64,000 bases of DNA, taken from contig NC_058130.1 in the NCBI RefSeq assembly GCF_016433145.1, positions 308,194,293 through 308,258,292 of the forward strand. The letters are read 5' to 3'. The notes beneath the pieces are model-generated. The model saw only the letters and a program-made list of their open reading frames with translations, made no database searches and was not told the DNA's origin. The position numbers and the translations under genes are program-made. Below, piece after piece: positions 1 to 11,894 of this stretch. The DNA comes from Gracilinanus agilis (Eukaryota). Every line of letters starts with the position of its first letter. Position 1 is the first letter of the stretch.

Positions 1-2039
1 TACCTTATTTTGTATGATTTTAGTAAGGCTTAGTCAATTTAGCATGCATTAATGATCAAGTCACTATATATTGGTTGGCCCCCTCATTATGTGAGTTTGA
101 GCTCCTTTAAATCTGTAATCTCAATTTCCTATTGTAACATTTGAAAATTGATATTATTTGGTTAATTATTGATTGAGAATTTTATTTTATCTAGTCAGAA
201 TCAGGATTTGTGAATGAAATTCAGATTTGGATGTATATGGCCCTATTAATAAAATGTGTAAGAGCTTAACTTCCCTGTTCTCATAAGATGTAAAGTCCAG
301 CAACAAAGATTCAAATCTTTGAACTTTTGCTAATCTTGGGGGTGGGGGTGGGGGGAGGATAAGTCATTCTGGTCATTGGATGTTTGCCTCCCATAGGACT
401 TTACAGGGGAGGTGAGTCAATCCAGTGACAAGATGTTTACCTACCATGAGACTTTCCAAAGGTTATTATTTAGGGGATGTTAATACACCTGGTAAGGAAC
501 TGATGCCAGCAGCACCAAACAAGTAAAAGTGAAATAGTCCTGTAGAGTTACTGTGTAAATCCTATAAAAGAGTTGTTCTGCTACATGTGTCCTTGACTAC
601 CAAGAGGTCTTAGATCAAAGTTATAGGCATTTGCTGGTAGCACTAATAAACTGATCATGCTAGGAACTTTGTGTCTTAATTCCTCTTCATCAAAGATTTT
701 TTAGCCTGGCTGTAGGTGAGGTAAGGGAGGTTAAGGATGGCTCCAAGGTTGTGAACCTGAGTGACTAGAATAATAGTATTTGTACTGCCTTTCTCATAGA
801 CTTGTTGTGAAAATCAAAAAGATAGTAATAATGGCTTATTTTCACATAGCACTTCCTTTTTTAATTGATATACATCTATGATTTCCTTGGCGTGGAAGAA
901 TTTCTGGTGTTGAAAATCATCTATAATTATTAGATTAATAGTTGTTTGGGGAATTGAAAATTTGAATGATTTGTTCTTGGACTCACAGCCAATGTGTCAG
1001 GTTATCAGAAGTGGGACTTGTATCTAAGTCTTCCCAACTTACTGGGATGTAGAAGTGTTTTGTGTTTTCAGATATGGGATAGACTAGATGGCCAAAGACA
1101 TTTCCTTTCATTATACTAAATTACCTTTCTTTAAAGTTTATATAATGTAATCATTTGATTGGATTAGACTACATATAGATCTTAGCTGTAACCTGGGCTC
1201 TAAAGGAGGTGATCAGATCCATCAGAGGATGTGGAGAGGTCCAAAGAGAGCTGAGCAGAAACTGGAGAGCAGAATTTGTTCTCAGAGTGGGCAACCTGTG
1301 AATCAATACTGTCTTTCAGGGACAACTAGCCTCCAGACCTATAGATGGTAACTGTGAAAAAGTTGTGATAGCTTCTAGGCTCAAGATGTCAGCAGTAAGG
1401 GCATGGGGAATTATGACAGTTCCTAAATCTCAGTCTTTTAGGGAAATGATAGTACTCCTTGACTCAATCTTTTGGAGAGATATCAAGAGTTCTAAGACCC
1501 AGCATTCCAGAAAGAGAAAGGAAAATACCTGGAAAGTATCAAAATCCTGGAGAGGAAGAAAAAAATGTGCATGAAGTCCCTGGACTCAGACCATGTAGCC
1601 TCCACCTCTACCATAAATCATTCACATTCCAATGTGAAAGGCTGATAGAGGATTGTACTTATCAAATACCTATCTCAAATGTCTTATTCCTTCTGAGAGT
1701 TTTAATCCTTAAGGTTGTACTATAACTCTAGAAGATTACATATGCCCTTGGAGGGAAGTAAGATTTCTTACAGAGGAAAAGAGAATTGAATTGATTTTTT
1801 TTAAAGAACCACTATTATCCTTTACACACTGTTTTGCATTTTCTGTTATGGTAAAATAAAAGTTGTCTTGTAACTGAAATATATTAATTCATGAGGTTAC
1901 ACCATCAGGTTGGAAGCTTGAATGACTAGACAGGAATTGTATTTCAGTGCTTTCAAAGGAAACTCAGGGGGAGTGCAAACAAAATATTTCTTTTTTTGAG
2001 AAATCCCCAAGATATTTCCTGGTCTGTTTAAATCCAGAG

Positions 2040-2640
2040 TATAGGGATTCTGTGCCGTGAATAACATAGAAATAGGCCAAGATGGTCATAGTCCCACTGG
2101 TCAAGCCAAATTTGAAATTAATGTGTTCAAATTAGGGTGTCATACTTTAAGAAGGATCTTAAGTTAAAGAATGTCCAGAGTGGGGCAGTCAGGTGGCTCA
2201 GTGGCTCCAGGTCTGGAGATGGGAGATCCTAGGTTCAAATTTAGCATCAGACACTTCCTAGTTGTGTGGCCCTGGGCAAGTTACTTAACTCCAAATGTCT
2301 AACCCTTATTGCTCTTCTGCCTTGGAACTGATACGATACTTACTCTGGATTCTAAGATAGAATTCTGTGAGGGTTTTAAAAAAATGTTTAGAGTTTCAAA
2401 TAGCAAAAGGCCTCAAGTCTATACCATTTTAGGATTTGTTGGGGAAAAAATTGGGAATGGTTAGCTTAAAGAAGATAGGATAGATATCTTCACTTGGAAG
2501 AGACTTGTTTTCTTTGACCCTAGAAAGCAGAACAAGGAGCAAAGGGCCAAATGTTGCAAAAAGACAAATTCCAACTTGATATAAGAAAAAGCAATTAGAA
2601 CTGTCCAGAAGTGGAATGGGGAGTATAGAAGAATATAGAA
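2040..2640 (+). mobile_element. L3/CR1 LINE 3' relic, interrupted by a SINE
   Basis: 2122 onward translates CVQIRVSYFKKDLKLKNVQ, similar to CR1 RT C-terminus CVQFWAPHFKKDIDKLERVQ. CR1-type 3' tail continues after 2395. Confidence 0.7.
2182..2382 (+). mobile_element. Marsupial tRNA-derived CORE-SINE (Mar1-like)
   Basis: GGGGCAG...GTGGCTCAGTGG head, GGTTCAAAT B box, CORE, A tail. TSD about AATGTCCAGAGT / AATGTTTAGAGT. Confidence 0.9.
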
Positions 2641-3595
2641 ATATTATCATAAGATAATATTTAGGCTGATTTTTATTTCATTTCAATTTCTATTCTATTC
2701 TGCTATCCTCTTATTTTACAGGTGAATCTATCCTTTCCCTATTTGTAGTAATGACCATTAGTTATTTTTTTCCTTTCATCCTAAAATCATTAGAGACCCA
2801 TGCTAAGTCTAAGGTCACTCCTTGGGGTGAGAGCTATAGTGCTTTCATTTAAGAGATCAATGGTTGTCTGATCCTTGCTGGCTCTGAGTTAGAGTGTAGG
2901 GAAAGACAGAGCAGGGGTAAATGAGAATAAACTAGGAATCATAGACTCTTGTAGGGCAGTGAGAAATCAGACTTCAAGGGTCTTGAATGACAGAGGAATT
3001 CTATTCATAAGTAAATTGTGCTGGGAGTCACTAGGTGGTCGACTTGGCTTCCCTCTCTGCTAGTGGTCTGCCAAATGGGTTGATATTAACTTTGTCCCTG
3101 ATAAATTTTAAAAGGCCCTCTGACCACATTTATACAGCTGGTTTAATGTCAGTTTGCAACATGGCTACTGACCCCACTTTTCATTCTGGTTTCAGTCATC
3201 TGGAAAATGCATACAGGTTAAAAAGAAAGACTAATAATAATAATAAAGAGCAAAGAAATTTAATCAGCACTCCTGAAAAGATAACTTGGAACATGCATCC
3301 CCCTAATTAGTCACTTATATTATCTTTGTATATGGAGGATGGAAAACGTGGGTTCAAGTTCTGTTTCTGATATTCTGTGTGTGGGCAAGTAACTTAAACT
3401 TTCAGTGTACTAGACAATTAGGACTATTACTGGGACAGAAGGAACCCATCTATGTTTGCTTGGGAGTTCCCTAGACCAATAATCACTAAACTTTTAGACC
3501 CTATCCTTCTATGATGGATATCACATTACTATCTTAATTTAGTTGATAATAGACAATCTTGTTGATTTTTAGAGCTTTGAAAATTCAAAAGCGAT

Positions 3596-4684
3596 TGTAA
3601 TGCAAAAGATGTAAGAGAGGGTTTTGCTCCTGCAGGGGGCCAACTGAAAACTTCTGGCAGTTAGAAGCCTTAGAATTCTGAGAAAGTTCAGTTGGTCCCC
3701 GAGGCTTGAACAGAGCTGAAGGATCAACCAGAGCTCTATTTTGGCTTTCGGTTTGCTTTGGCCTGTGCCTTGTCTTTGGACAATTTGTACCTAGCTAATT
3801 TCTCTGGACCTCTCCCTGACCTTCTCCATATTATTTCCCTGTTTTCCCTGCCTGTTTTCCCAGGGCTCTGAGAGGCAGGGTGGCTTTTGGGTTTTTAGTG
3901 AAAAGACTTTGTGGGTTTAGTTTTCCCCAACAGGCAAGTAGGACATCCTTGAATTCAAACTATCCCTTTAGCATACCCTCTATCTTAAAAGCAGCCAAAT
4001 CTTCCGAGGCTGAGAGAGCAGGTTCTCTCTCAGTCTAACCCATTTCTGAGACCCTCCCCCATCTTGAGTTTCTCCCTAGCGGCTGTCAGAAACCCCAAAC
4101 CCCTCTCTCCTTCCAAACCAACCCTGAAACATTAATAAAACCCTTGGTTACCTAATCAAACCCTCTGGAGAATCTTTGTGTTGAAGAAATTAGGCAAGGG
4201 TGAAGGGGAAGGAATAATTCTCTTTTATATCCTGAGGGAAACTGGAGGCATCTATCTTGGGAGGAAGTAGTTGCCCAACACTTCCTCCTGAATCTCTTCA
4301 ATTTCACTGACAGGGAAGAGTCTTGTGATTCCTCCTTTGAGGACTTGAGAAACTGACAAGAAAGTCCTCAAGTCAGATTCAAACCACTTCTGTCTGGCCC
4401 TATTCTTCTTGTCTGTACAAGTACCTTTCCTGCCTGGAAGGGTTCTGCCTATTACCTCAATATCCTCTGTCTCTAGCCTGGGTGTCTAGTCTGTGTCAGC
4501 TGCCTCTCCTGAACACCTCACCCTGTACCCTTACCATCCTAATATCACCTTGTCCATTCCTCTCTAAAACCAGCCATCCCTTTCATTCCTCACCTATTAC
4601 CTCAATCACCTTTTACCCCTCGGATACTCAGCAAGGGAAGGAGAGCACCCCCTAACTTTAGTGTACCCCCTTTTATCCATCACA
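3596..4684. mobile_element. Solo ERV LTR (about 1.09 kb)
   Basis: TGTAATG...CATCACA termini (6/7 inverted match), 4-bp flanks CGAT/CAAT, AATAAA at 4134. Confidence 0.72.
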
Positions 4685-4765
4685 CAATTCATTATAGCTT
4701 CGCCTGAGCAATAAAGATGTTAATAATTACTTATGTGTTTGGATGGCAAACAGAAAGGAGCCATA

Positions 4766-5335
4766 CAAAAAATTGGAAAACGAAGGGAATGTCCTTCGAT
4801 TGGGGAATGGCTGAACAAATTGTGGTATCTGCTGGTGATGGAATACTATTGTGCTCAAAGGAATAAAGAACTGGAGGAATTCCATGTGAACTGGAATGAC
4901 CTCCAGGAATTGATGCAGAGTGAAAGGAGCAAAGCCAGAAGAACATTGTACACAGAGGCTGATATACTATGGTACAATTGAATGTAATGGACTTCTCTAC
5001 TAGCAGCAATGCAATGATCCAGAACAAGACTGAGGGACTTATGAGAAAGAAAACTGTCCACATCCAGAGGGAGAACTGTGGGAGTAGAAACACAGAGGAA
5101 AAACAACTGCTTGAACACATGGGTTGAGGGGAATATTATTGGGGATGTAGATGCTAAACAATTACTCCAGTGTAACTATCAGTAACATGGAATTAAGTCT
5201 TTACGTGATACATGTAAAACCCCATGGAATTGTGCATTGGCTACAAGGGGCTGGGGGGGGGTTTGGGGAAGAGGGAAAGAATATGAAATATGTAACTATG
5301 GGAAAATATACAAACTTTAAATTTAAATTAAAAAA
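4766..5335 (+). mobile_element. 5'-truncated marsupial L1 (ORF2 end plus 3' UTR)
   Basis: CPSIGEWLNKLWYLLVMEYYCA...WNDLQELMQSE is the L1 ORF2 C-terminus. A tail present. TSD AAAGGAGCCATA / AAAGGAACCATA. Confidence 0.92.
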
Positions 5336-5409
5336 AAAGGAACCATAGTGCAACTTGTACACTTTAATTCATCAATGAAATGATCAAGGATAGCAGCAGA
5401 ATGACAGAG

Positions 5410-5590
5410 CATGTGGAGTCCTAGCTCTGTCGTTTACTGTGTGAGCTTGATTAAGTCACTTTAACTCCTGAGTTTACTCATTTGTGAAATGAAATAGCAA
5501 TAACAGCCCACCCCTGACTCTTAGTCACTCGAGGACTAGATAAGATCTTATATATGAAAACATCTTGAGAAAGAACCGTATAAATACAAA
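5410..5590 (+). mobile_element. Old MIR-type SINE
   Basis: Degenerate CORE (tgtgtgagcttgattaagtcacttt...tcatttgtgaaatg). Confidence 0.6.
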
Positions 5591-5869
5591 TGGATGATTA
5601 TAATGAAGGAAAAAGCCTGTTTTGATGGTCAGACAATTCTAAGTAGGGATTTTAAAGTAGTTTTAGGACATATTTACTGAGAAAAACAAAATAAATTTAG
5701 TGCTCTTTCTCTCTTAAAACAATCTTGTATCAATTTGTCTATTGTATCCAGTAGAAAGTTAAGCTTCTCAAAGGCAGAAATTGTTATTGTTTACTGTTTT
5801 GTATCTCTTAACATGCTTGCATGTAGTTAAGTAAGCAACAGATTCACATTTGTAATAAAAAGACATTTG

Positions 5870-6090
5870 ATTAGTTCCATTAGTTACTTCATTCCACAAC
5901 TATTCATTGCATTATGGTAGGTATTACTGGGGCAAAAACAATGAATAACATAATCCCTGCCCTGTAGGAGCAGATATTTGTAGAAGTCAAACATGTTCAC
6001 AAATAACAAGGGAGAATGCTATGAAGTGCTATGGAGATGCGGGAGAGGGATACCGGAGAAAGAACTCATGAAGGAGGGAGTGTTTGAGAT
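5870..6090 (-). mobile_element. L2 3' fragment
   Basis: Reverse-complement of an L2 3' end (tcattccacaactattcattgcatta...atccctgccct). Confidence 0.5.
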
Positions 6091-6484
6091 GGCTAAGTTA
6101 AGAAATAAGAGCAAGAAAAAACATGCAAGACTTTGTAAATAGAAAAAATCTGAAACGCTTGAAACTGAACATTGTATACATTCTAGTGATCAAGTCTCAT
6201 CTTTAAGAAAGAAGAAAATGTTTCTTCCTTTTTTTTCAGAGGTGGGAGAACTTGGGTTGGATTTTAATGTGTTAATTTAAACTGTTTCATTCTTTGTTAT
6301 AAGGGCATTGTGAAGTTAACTGTAGGCAATTTTTTTTTCCCTTGGGCTGTTAGCTTACAAAACAACTGAAAGCAAATCTTCTCCCATTAAATGTATTACC
6401 CAAGATAAAACTGTGATGTAATTTTAAAAAATATCCAAGACACGAGAATTTACTAAAAATTTAAAAATTCCAGTGTTGTCTGCT

Positions 6485-6625
6485 GGACTTGGGAGTCTGG
6501 AGGTGCTGGGGTCAAATCTTGTCTGACATTGTTGGTATGACCTTAGGCAAATCACTTACTAAGTCTCAGCCCCCATATCTGTGAAATGGGGATAATGGTG
6601 CCTATTTCATAAGTTGTTATAAGGA
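6485..6625 (+). mobile_element. MIR-type SINE
   Basis: CORE sequence atgaccttaggcaaatcactt...tctgtgaaatggggataat. Confidence 0.7.
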
Positions 6626-6730
6626 AAAAAAATGGAAATTGTTTTGCAAATCCAAAAACTCTGCTGCATCAGTTCTTATTTAATGATCTTTCCAACATAT
6701 ACTATAATGAAGGAACTGTCTAAAGTCTTT

Positions 6731-6865
6731 GGCAGCTAGGTGGCTTTGTGGACAAAGCCAGAGGTGGAGCCTAGAGGTCCTGAGTTCAAATCTGCCCTCT
6801 GATACTTCCTAGTTGTGTGATCTTGGGCAAGCAACTTTTTAATCCCAATTGCCTAGTCCTTGTCG
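6731..6865 (+). mobile_element. Marsupial CORE-SINE, truncated
   Basis: GGCAGCTAGGTGG head, GAGTTCAAATC B box, CORE. Confidence 0.8.
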
Positions 6866-7274
6866 TTTTTTTCAAAAAATTTAACAGGAACTAGATTCTT
6901 ATTGAAAAAAAGTTAGATCTCACAGATGGAATATTTGCAGTCTTTCCTCATTTGTAAAAGGAAGGCGTTGAACTGAATAATTTCTTCTAGCTCTGATAGT
7001 CTTCTGACTTGAAATAAAAACAAAACAAAACTAGCATGCAAGCCACCACCCCATAAGGAAAAAAATTCACTATGCAAAGATAAGAAGGGGAGAATGAGGA
7101 AAATGCCTCTGGTTTTTTGAGTATGGAGGTGGGTGGCCCAATGTGTCTAATCAGACAGTTATCTGATACGCTGAAAGGCTGTTTTTTAAACATTCTTCAT
7201 GCACCTGTGTTTCTCTGCATTCTCAGCAGGTGTCACTAGAACCACGACAAGCATTCCACAGCAGGGTATGTAAC

Positions 7275-7280
7275 TTTATT
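7275..7280 (-). terminator. RGMB: Polyadenylation signal AATAAA of RGMB
   Basis: Minus strand reads tgtaaatactttaaattattatgctagaaaAATAAAgttacataccctgctgtggaatgcttgtcgtggtt: UGUA upstream, GU-rich element downstream. Confidence 0.72.
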
Positions 7281-8069
7281 TTTCTAGCATAATAATTTAA
7301 AGTATTTACACACTGCACACTCACTCTTTTACACAAATACTTAGCATATCCATGAACCACATCTAAACGTTTCCTGCAAAGTCTTGACACATTGTGGGGG
7401 TTTCCAAGCACACAAAGAAATAGAAAAGAATCGAAGGCTTCTTAAGGCAGTCACTGGAAGCATCTGTGGAAAATCCGTGTTCCTTCTATGCTTGAGTTCC
7501 CCCAGGAGACCAGTCACCAGCTTCAGACTATCTACCCATGTTTGGGGTGAAGGGGAACTTTTTCTGGCTAATGGTCTATTTCAGGAACCAGCATGTGCAA
7601 GTTAACATTTTCTCCAGAAACCCTAGAGAAGAAACAGCATAAAATGAACTTAACTCTTCCCCTAGGGAAGAACTTCCATTTCTGAAACATACTGATCTGT
7701 GGGGCCTAGGATTATAAAAAAGTGGTTGTTTGGGGACTTTAGCAAGAAGGGACCTGGCTAAGAATGCTATGAGAGAGTTAGGTACTTCTACCTATAGTGC
7801 GATTATGTACTGGGAATACAGACCACTTCCATTTTTCCTTTCATGTCAAATACAAGGCTCAGCTTCCTTTTTCCAAATCATTAATAGAGGCACTTTTCCC
7901 CCTGAACAGGACCAAAAAGGGTAGAAAAGTGATGGCACATCTTTCAGTCCAAAAAGCCTTCAGGATCTCACCTATTGCTTTTAAGAAATACTTTTTTCTT
8001 CAATTTGGTAATGATTTGGGCAAAATCTATGATTTATAAATATTTTTCTTTAAAACAAATTTTTTCAAA

Positions 8070-8410
8070 TAGCACTTGATTTGAAGGTAGAGGAGCTGAG
8101 TTTAAATCCCTGGTTCTATTACTTAGCTATGTGACTTTGGCAAGGCAATTAAACTCAGGACTCTGGTTTCCTATCTGTAAAACAAGGTGGCTGGACTGAA
8201 CAATTCTAAGATCCTCTCAAGATTTATTTCCATTCAACTAGCTCTGAGTGTCTCACCTCTGATCCACTCTGATTTTGTGACTGTAGACAAATTATATAAC
8301 CTCCAAGTGCTCCACAGCATTTCTTAGATTGAGTTGCAGAGAGGATGCTAACCTGCATTGGTAGAGGGAATTTCTTCATCTGGAAGTTCCTATAACCCTG
8401 TAGTCTCTAG
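8070..8410 (+). mobile_element. Two old CORE-SINE remnants inside the RGMB 3' UTR (antisense to the mRNA)
   Basis: 8070-8218: gagtttaaatccc...tgtgactttggcaag...tttcctatctgtaaaa. 8240-8410: CORE plus gttgcagagagg...cattggtagagggaatttc tail. Confidence 0.7.
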
Positions 8411-9525
8411 CTCTGGAGCAGTTTTTATTGTTCCATGTGAGAGCCAGGATTCTTTTCAACAAATTTCCCAGACCTAGCATTGACTTGTTCTTTCAAGCTC
8501 TTGGATACATGAACAGACAGGGAGCCAAAGATATCTATCTCATCATAGCCCTAAATTAAACCAGCATTTCTCAGGACAAAGAAGCCTCAAATCGCTCAAG
8601 ATGGTTGCTGTGTGGAACTCCAGCCAGCTTCCTCAGCTGGAAGAATGAAAGCAAGACTAGGTCATTCTTTCTGCTGTGTCTACAGGGAAAGTTGTGTCGA
8701 AGAGGGAGGGAGTCTGTTGACAAACAAGCTAAACACTGATTTATATATTATTAAAATCATCCAAATGCAGTAAAGCTGTGTTAGTTCCACTTGATTCGAG
8801 ATTATACTTTCTGCTACACTGAGGAGGTCAAAGATTCATTTGATTTTGCTCGAGAGACAAGAGTTAAAGAGTTCTGGCTCCCAGATGGTACATTACTACT
8901 TCTTAATTTCAGTAGAAGTTTTGGGAAGGGAAGCTGATGCAATGACTTGGGCAACAACTATTATTTAAACTGACCATCTCCAATTTACCATGTCAGCATA
9001 ATAAACCTTGTATTGTCACCTTGCATGTATAGATGTAGTCCTCACTAGGGAAGGTAATGTATGAAAAAAACGTGGAAAGGAATAGCAAGGAGAAAAGAGG
9101 GCAAGGAAAACGAAGAAACAAAATAATGGCATTGAGAAAGACGTTCAAAAGAGTTTGAAATTACACCAGGGGACAAATATTTTGAATCAAAAGACCCTCT
9201 CTCATCTCCCTAAAGAAATGGCAAAAATATCAGTGTAAGGTTGGCAGTTGGATTCTCTTCCTCAGTAGTCTAAGATAAATATATATGTTCATCATTTGGT
9301 GAAAAACAGAGGGAAGTAGGATGAAAATAATAGTTTAAATTAACTGAACGACGATCTATAAAAATAAAGAATGATTTTTACGAACATGAAAATTGAGGTC
9401 CTTGGCAACACAGCACTAAGAATCAGGTAAAAAAATAGTCGTAATGAGCATATGCACGCCTTAAGTAGGCCTTCTTCAGAGGGAGTGCTGGGCGTGGTGT
9501 TTGGGTGAATGGACTATACATACTA

Positions 9526-9657
9526 NNNNNNNNNNNNNNNNNNNNNNNNNNNNNNNNNNNNNNNNNNNNNNNNNNNNNNNNNNNNNNNNNNNNNNNNNNN
9601 NNNNNNNNNNNNNNNNNNNNNNNNNNNNNNNNNNNNNNNNNNNNNNNNNNNNNNNNN
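9526..9657. other. Assembly gap (132 N) in the RGMB 3' UTR
   Basis: N run flanked by TA/CA-rich sequence. Confidence 1.
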
Positions 9658-9820
9658 ACATACATGAAAAACAGTCCAACACAATATGTACAATCCGGTG
9701 GGTGTCCCAGGACAAACATCCCTTCATATACATGGTATATACATATATACTCTTATCTTTTTACTCAATATATTATGACAATATATATTTTAAAACTTTC
9801 GTTATAGACAAAAAACAACC

Positions 9821-10492
9821 CTACAAAAACGTGACGAGGATCATCAAGCATATGAGTCTCAGTGTGACGGCCAGGCAGTGGCTCCCCAGGAGCTCCCCAA
9901 CTCCGCTGCTGGGGAAGATGTGCCAGCGCTCCTTCCTGGGGTGCAGGGCCTCCACGTCCTCCAAGGCACTCTGAGCTGCCGCAGTGAAGTTGGCGTCCCC
10001 GGTGGTGAGCAAGTCGAAGACACACGAATGGAAATAGATGTCTTTCACCGGCATCTTCTCATGGCATTGGGTAGTGGCCGTCTCCAGTGTATAGCCAGGC
10101 CAGGCCTGGGCTGAGGCGGCGCGGGGAAGCGTGTGCCCCATGATGGCAGACACCTGCCCCTGCCCATCGTCAATGCGCTCGCTCAAGGGGCAGCCGTTCA
10201 CACAGAGCTGCAGATCCTGGCTTTCTTCATAAGCCATAGCCAGGTTCTTGGGCATGCGGATTGCCAATGTCAGGTAGCGACCCAACTGTCGCACATACAC
10301 TGTGGTTCCTATATACCTGGCATGCATCTCCACGTGGAGGCCGCTCACCTTCTCTACGATGTGCAGGCTCTTGACATCACCATCCCCACCACTGGTGGTG
10401 CCATCGATAAAGGCTGCGGGCAGGTCGTCGGTCACGGCTTGGTACACTTTTTGATCGGTACACTCATGGTGGGATTTGAAGATAATAGTTAC
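9821..10492 (-). CDS. RGMB: RGMB last coding exon (vWD, RGM C-terminal domain, GPI signal)
   Basis: Acceptor ttccacag|GTA at 10492 gives VTIIFKSHHECTDQKVYQAVTDDLPAAF...KERWHIFPSSG plus hydrophobic tail, ending at TAG 9823-9821. Total CDS 1317 nt = 438 aa plus stop. Confidence 0.98.
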   Translation of the reverse strand, partial: VTIIFKSHHECTDQKVYQAVTDDLPAAFIDGTTSGGDGDVKSLHIVEKVSGLHVEMHARYIGTTVYVRQLGRYLTLAIRMPKNLAMAYEESQDLQLCVNGCPLSERIDDGQGQVSAIMGHTLPRAASAQAWPGYTLETATTQCHEKMPVKDIYFHSCVFDLLTTGDANFTAAAQSALEDVEALHPRKERWHIFPSSGVGELLGSHCLAVTLRLICLMILVTFL

Positions 10493-11231
10493 CTGTGGAA
10501 AATAGGAAGGAAAAGTTATTATTTTTTAAACAAGAATCACAGTTCTGCTACTCAGAAGTCGTGGTATTAATGACAGAGGATCATATTTACTTGGGAGAAG
10601 GAGTAGCTAGGGACATCTTATACCCTTGCCTTCAACCCCAAATCACTGATTCTCATTGTGCCAGATACTTTCACAATGTCATTTTAGTACAATGGTTAGG
10701 AACCCTTCTTTACTCAAAGGAAGGTTTTCTCTTTATTTTCTCAAGATGGGAAACAATGCTTTTAAGAATATAATTCAATAGGTAACAAATAGAGCTACAG
10801 AAATGTGCTAAGCTAAAATGTATGATTCTTTTAGTCAAAACTTAAAAAAAAAAGTTTTTAGCAATGTTGCTTCATCCCATTAAAGCAAGGAGATATTATG
10901 ACTTTCAAGGTTCAAAAATTACTAGAGTTCAAATACACAGACAGCTCTACTTCACCCCACTCTTCTGACCAAAGTGCAGAGCCCCTCTTGGGAGACATAT
11001 TTAGGGCTGTTTCTTACTGAGTCAATACTTACTCTATCCTCAACCCATTTGATATAGCCATGCTTCCCACTTCTTCCGATTTCCACCCACTTTTTTGTCA
11101 TTCTTAGCCCCCTCCCAAAAAGGGCTTCTTAAATTGACAGTTTAACTAATCTGCTAAATTAATTGTAGCTGCTAATAGGAGACTTTAGGAATCTTTCAGG
11201 AACCTCCTTACTTCTTAGGCCACCTGTCAAG

Positions 11232-11350
11232 CCCTCATTTCAATGAGAAGGAAACTGAGGCCTCTCAAGGTTAAATGATTTACCCAAGGTCATGGTTAAT
11301 TAGAGAAAGAACCAGGATTCAAAACTTGGTCCTCTTGACTCCAAAGCCAG
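11232..11350 (-). mobile_element. MIR-type SINE
   Basis: aaggaaactgaggc...aggttaaatgatttacccaaggtca...ggattcaaa is the reverse CORE. Confidence 0.75.
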
Positions 11351-11894
11351 AACATAATACTATGCTGGACCAATAAGGAGTTATTCTCCTTTGGACTAGA
11401 AAGTAATCAGATCAGGGCACATCAGAAGTGTGAGTCACATCCATTGCCAAATATAAATATTGAGATTAGAAGTTAAGAGTTGAAATGGGGGAAATCCCAA
11501 CAACAGTTACCAACCATGTGTTTTTAAAAGAGAAATCAAGTGATAGTTGGAAACACTTCCCATCACATCCCAACGGGGGAAGCAGTAAGCAATACTTCCA
11601 AAGCAGGCTGGCAGGGTAGAAAGAGACTGACCTTGTTACAGCAAATGTTTCCCTTGAACATCACTTTTATTTTGGACATTTGCCCTTTCAAGCCAACTCC
11701 TGATTAACATAACTACTACAGAATAAGAGATTACACAGTTAAGGAAGAAGATCCATTGGGGTAGCAAATGATTTTCAATAGAATTATTAGAAGACTGAAG
11801 ACAAGCAACAGGAAGAAAGAAGAGGAACGTTTTCCAATCTGTGTAAAGTCTAGTGCCTTTCCTTTGTTGATTATTTTGTTTTTTTACTTGTCTT

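Larger units (their letters stand above)
7255..9820 (-). other. RGMB: RGMB 3' UTR (about 2.6 kb, includes an N gap)
   Basis: Runs from the stop codon to AATAAA at 7280-7275, which has upstream UGUA and a downstream GU-rich tract. The 3' end is approximate. Confidence 0.75.

Noticed and set aside
9423-9974. ORF-track ORFs of 85-157 aa near the RGMB stop
   Set aside because: They run through the N gap or are antisense/alternate frames of the RGMB exon and UTR, so they are artefacts.
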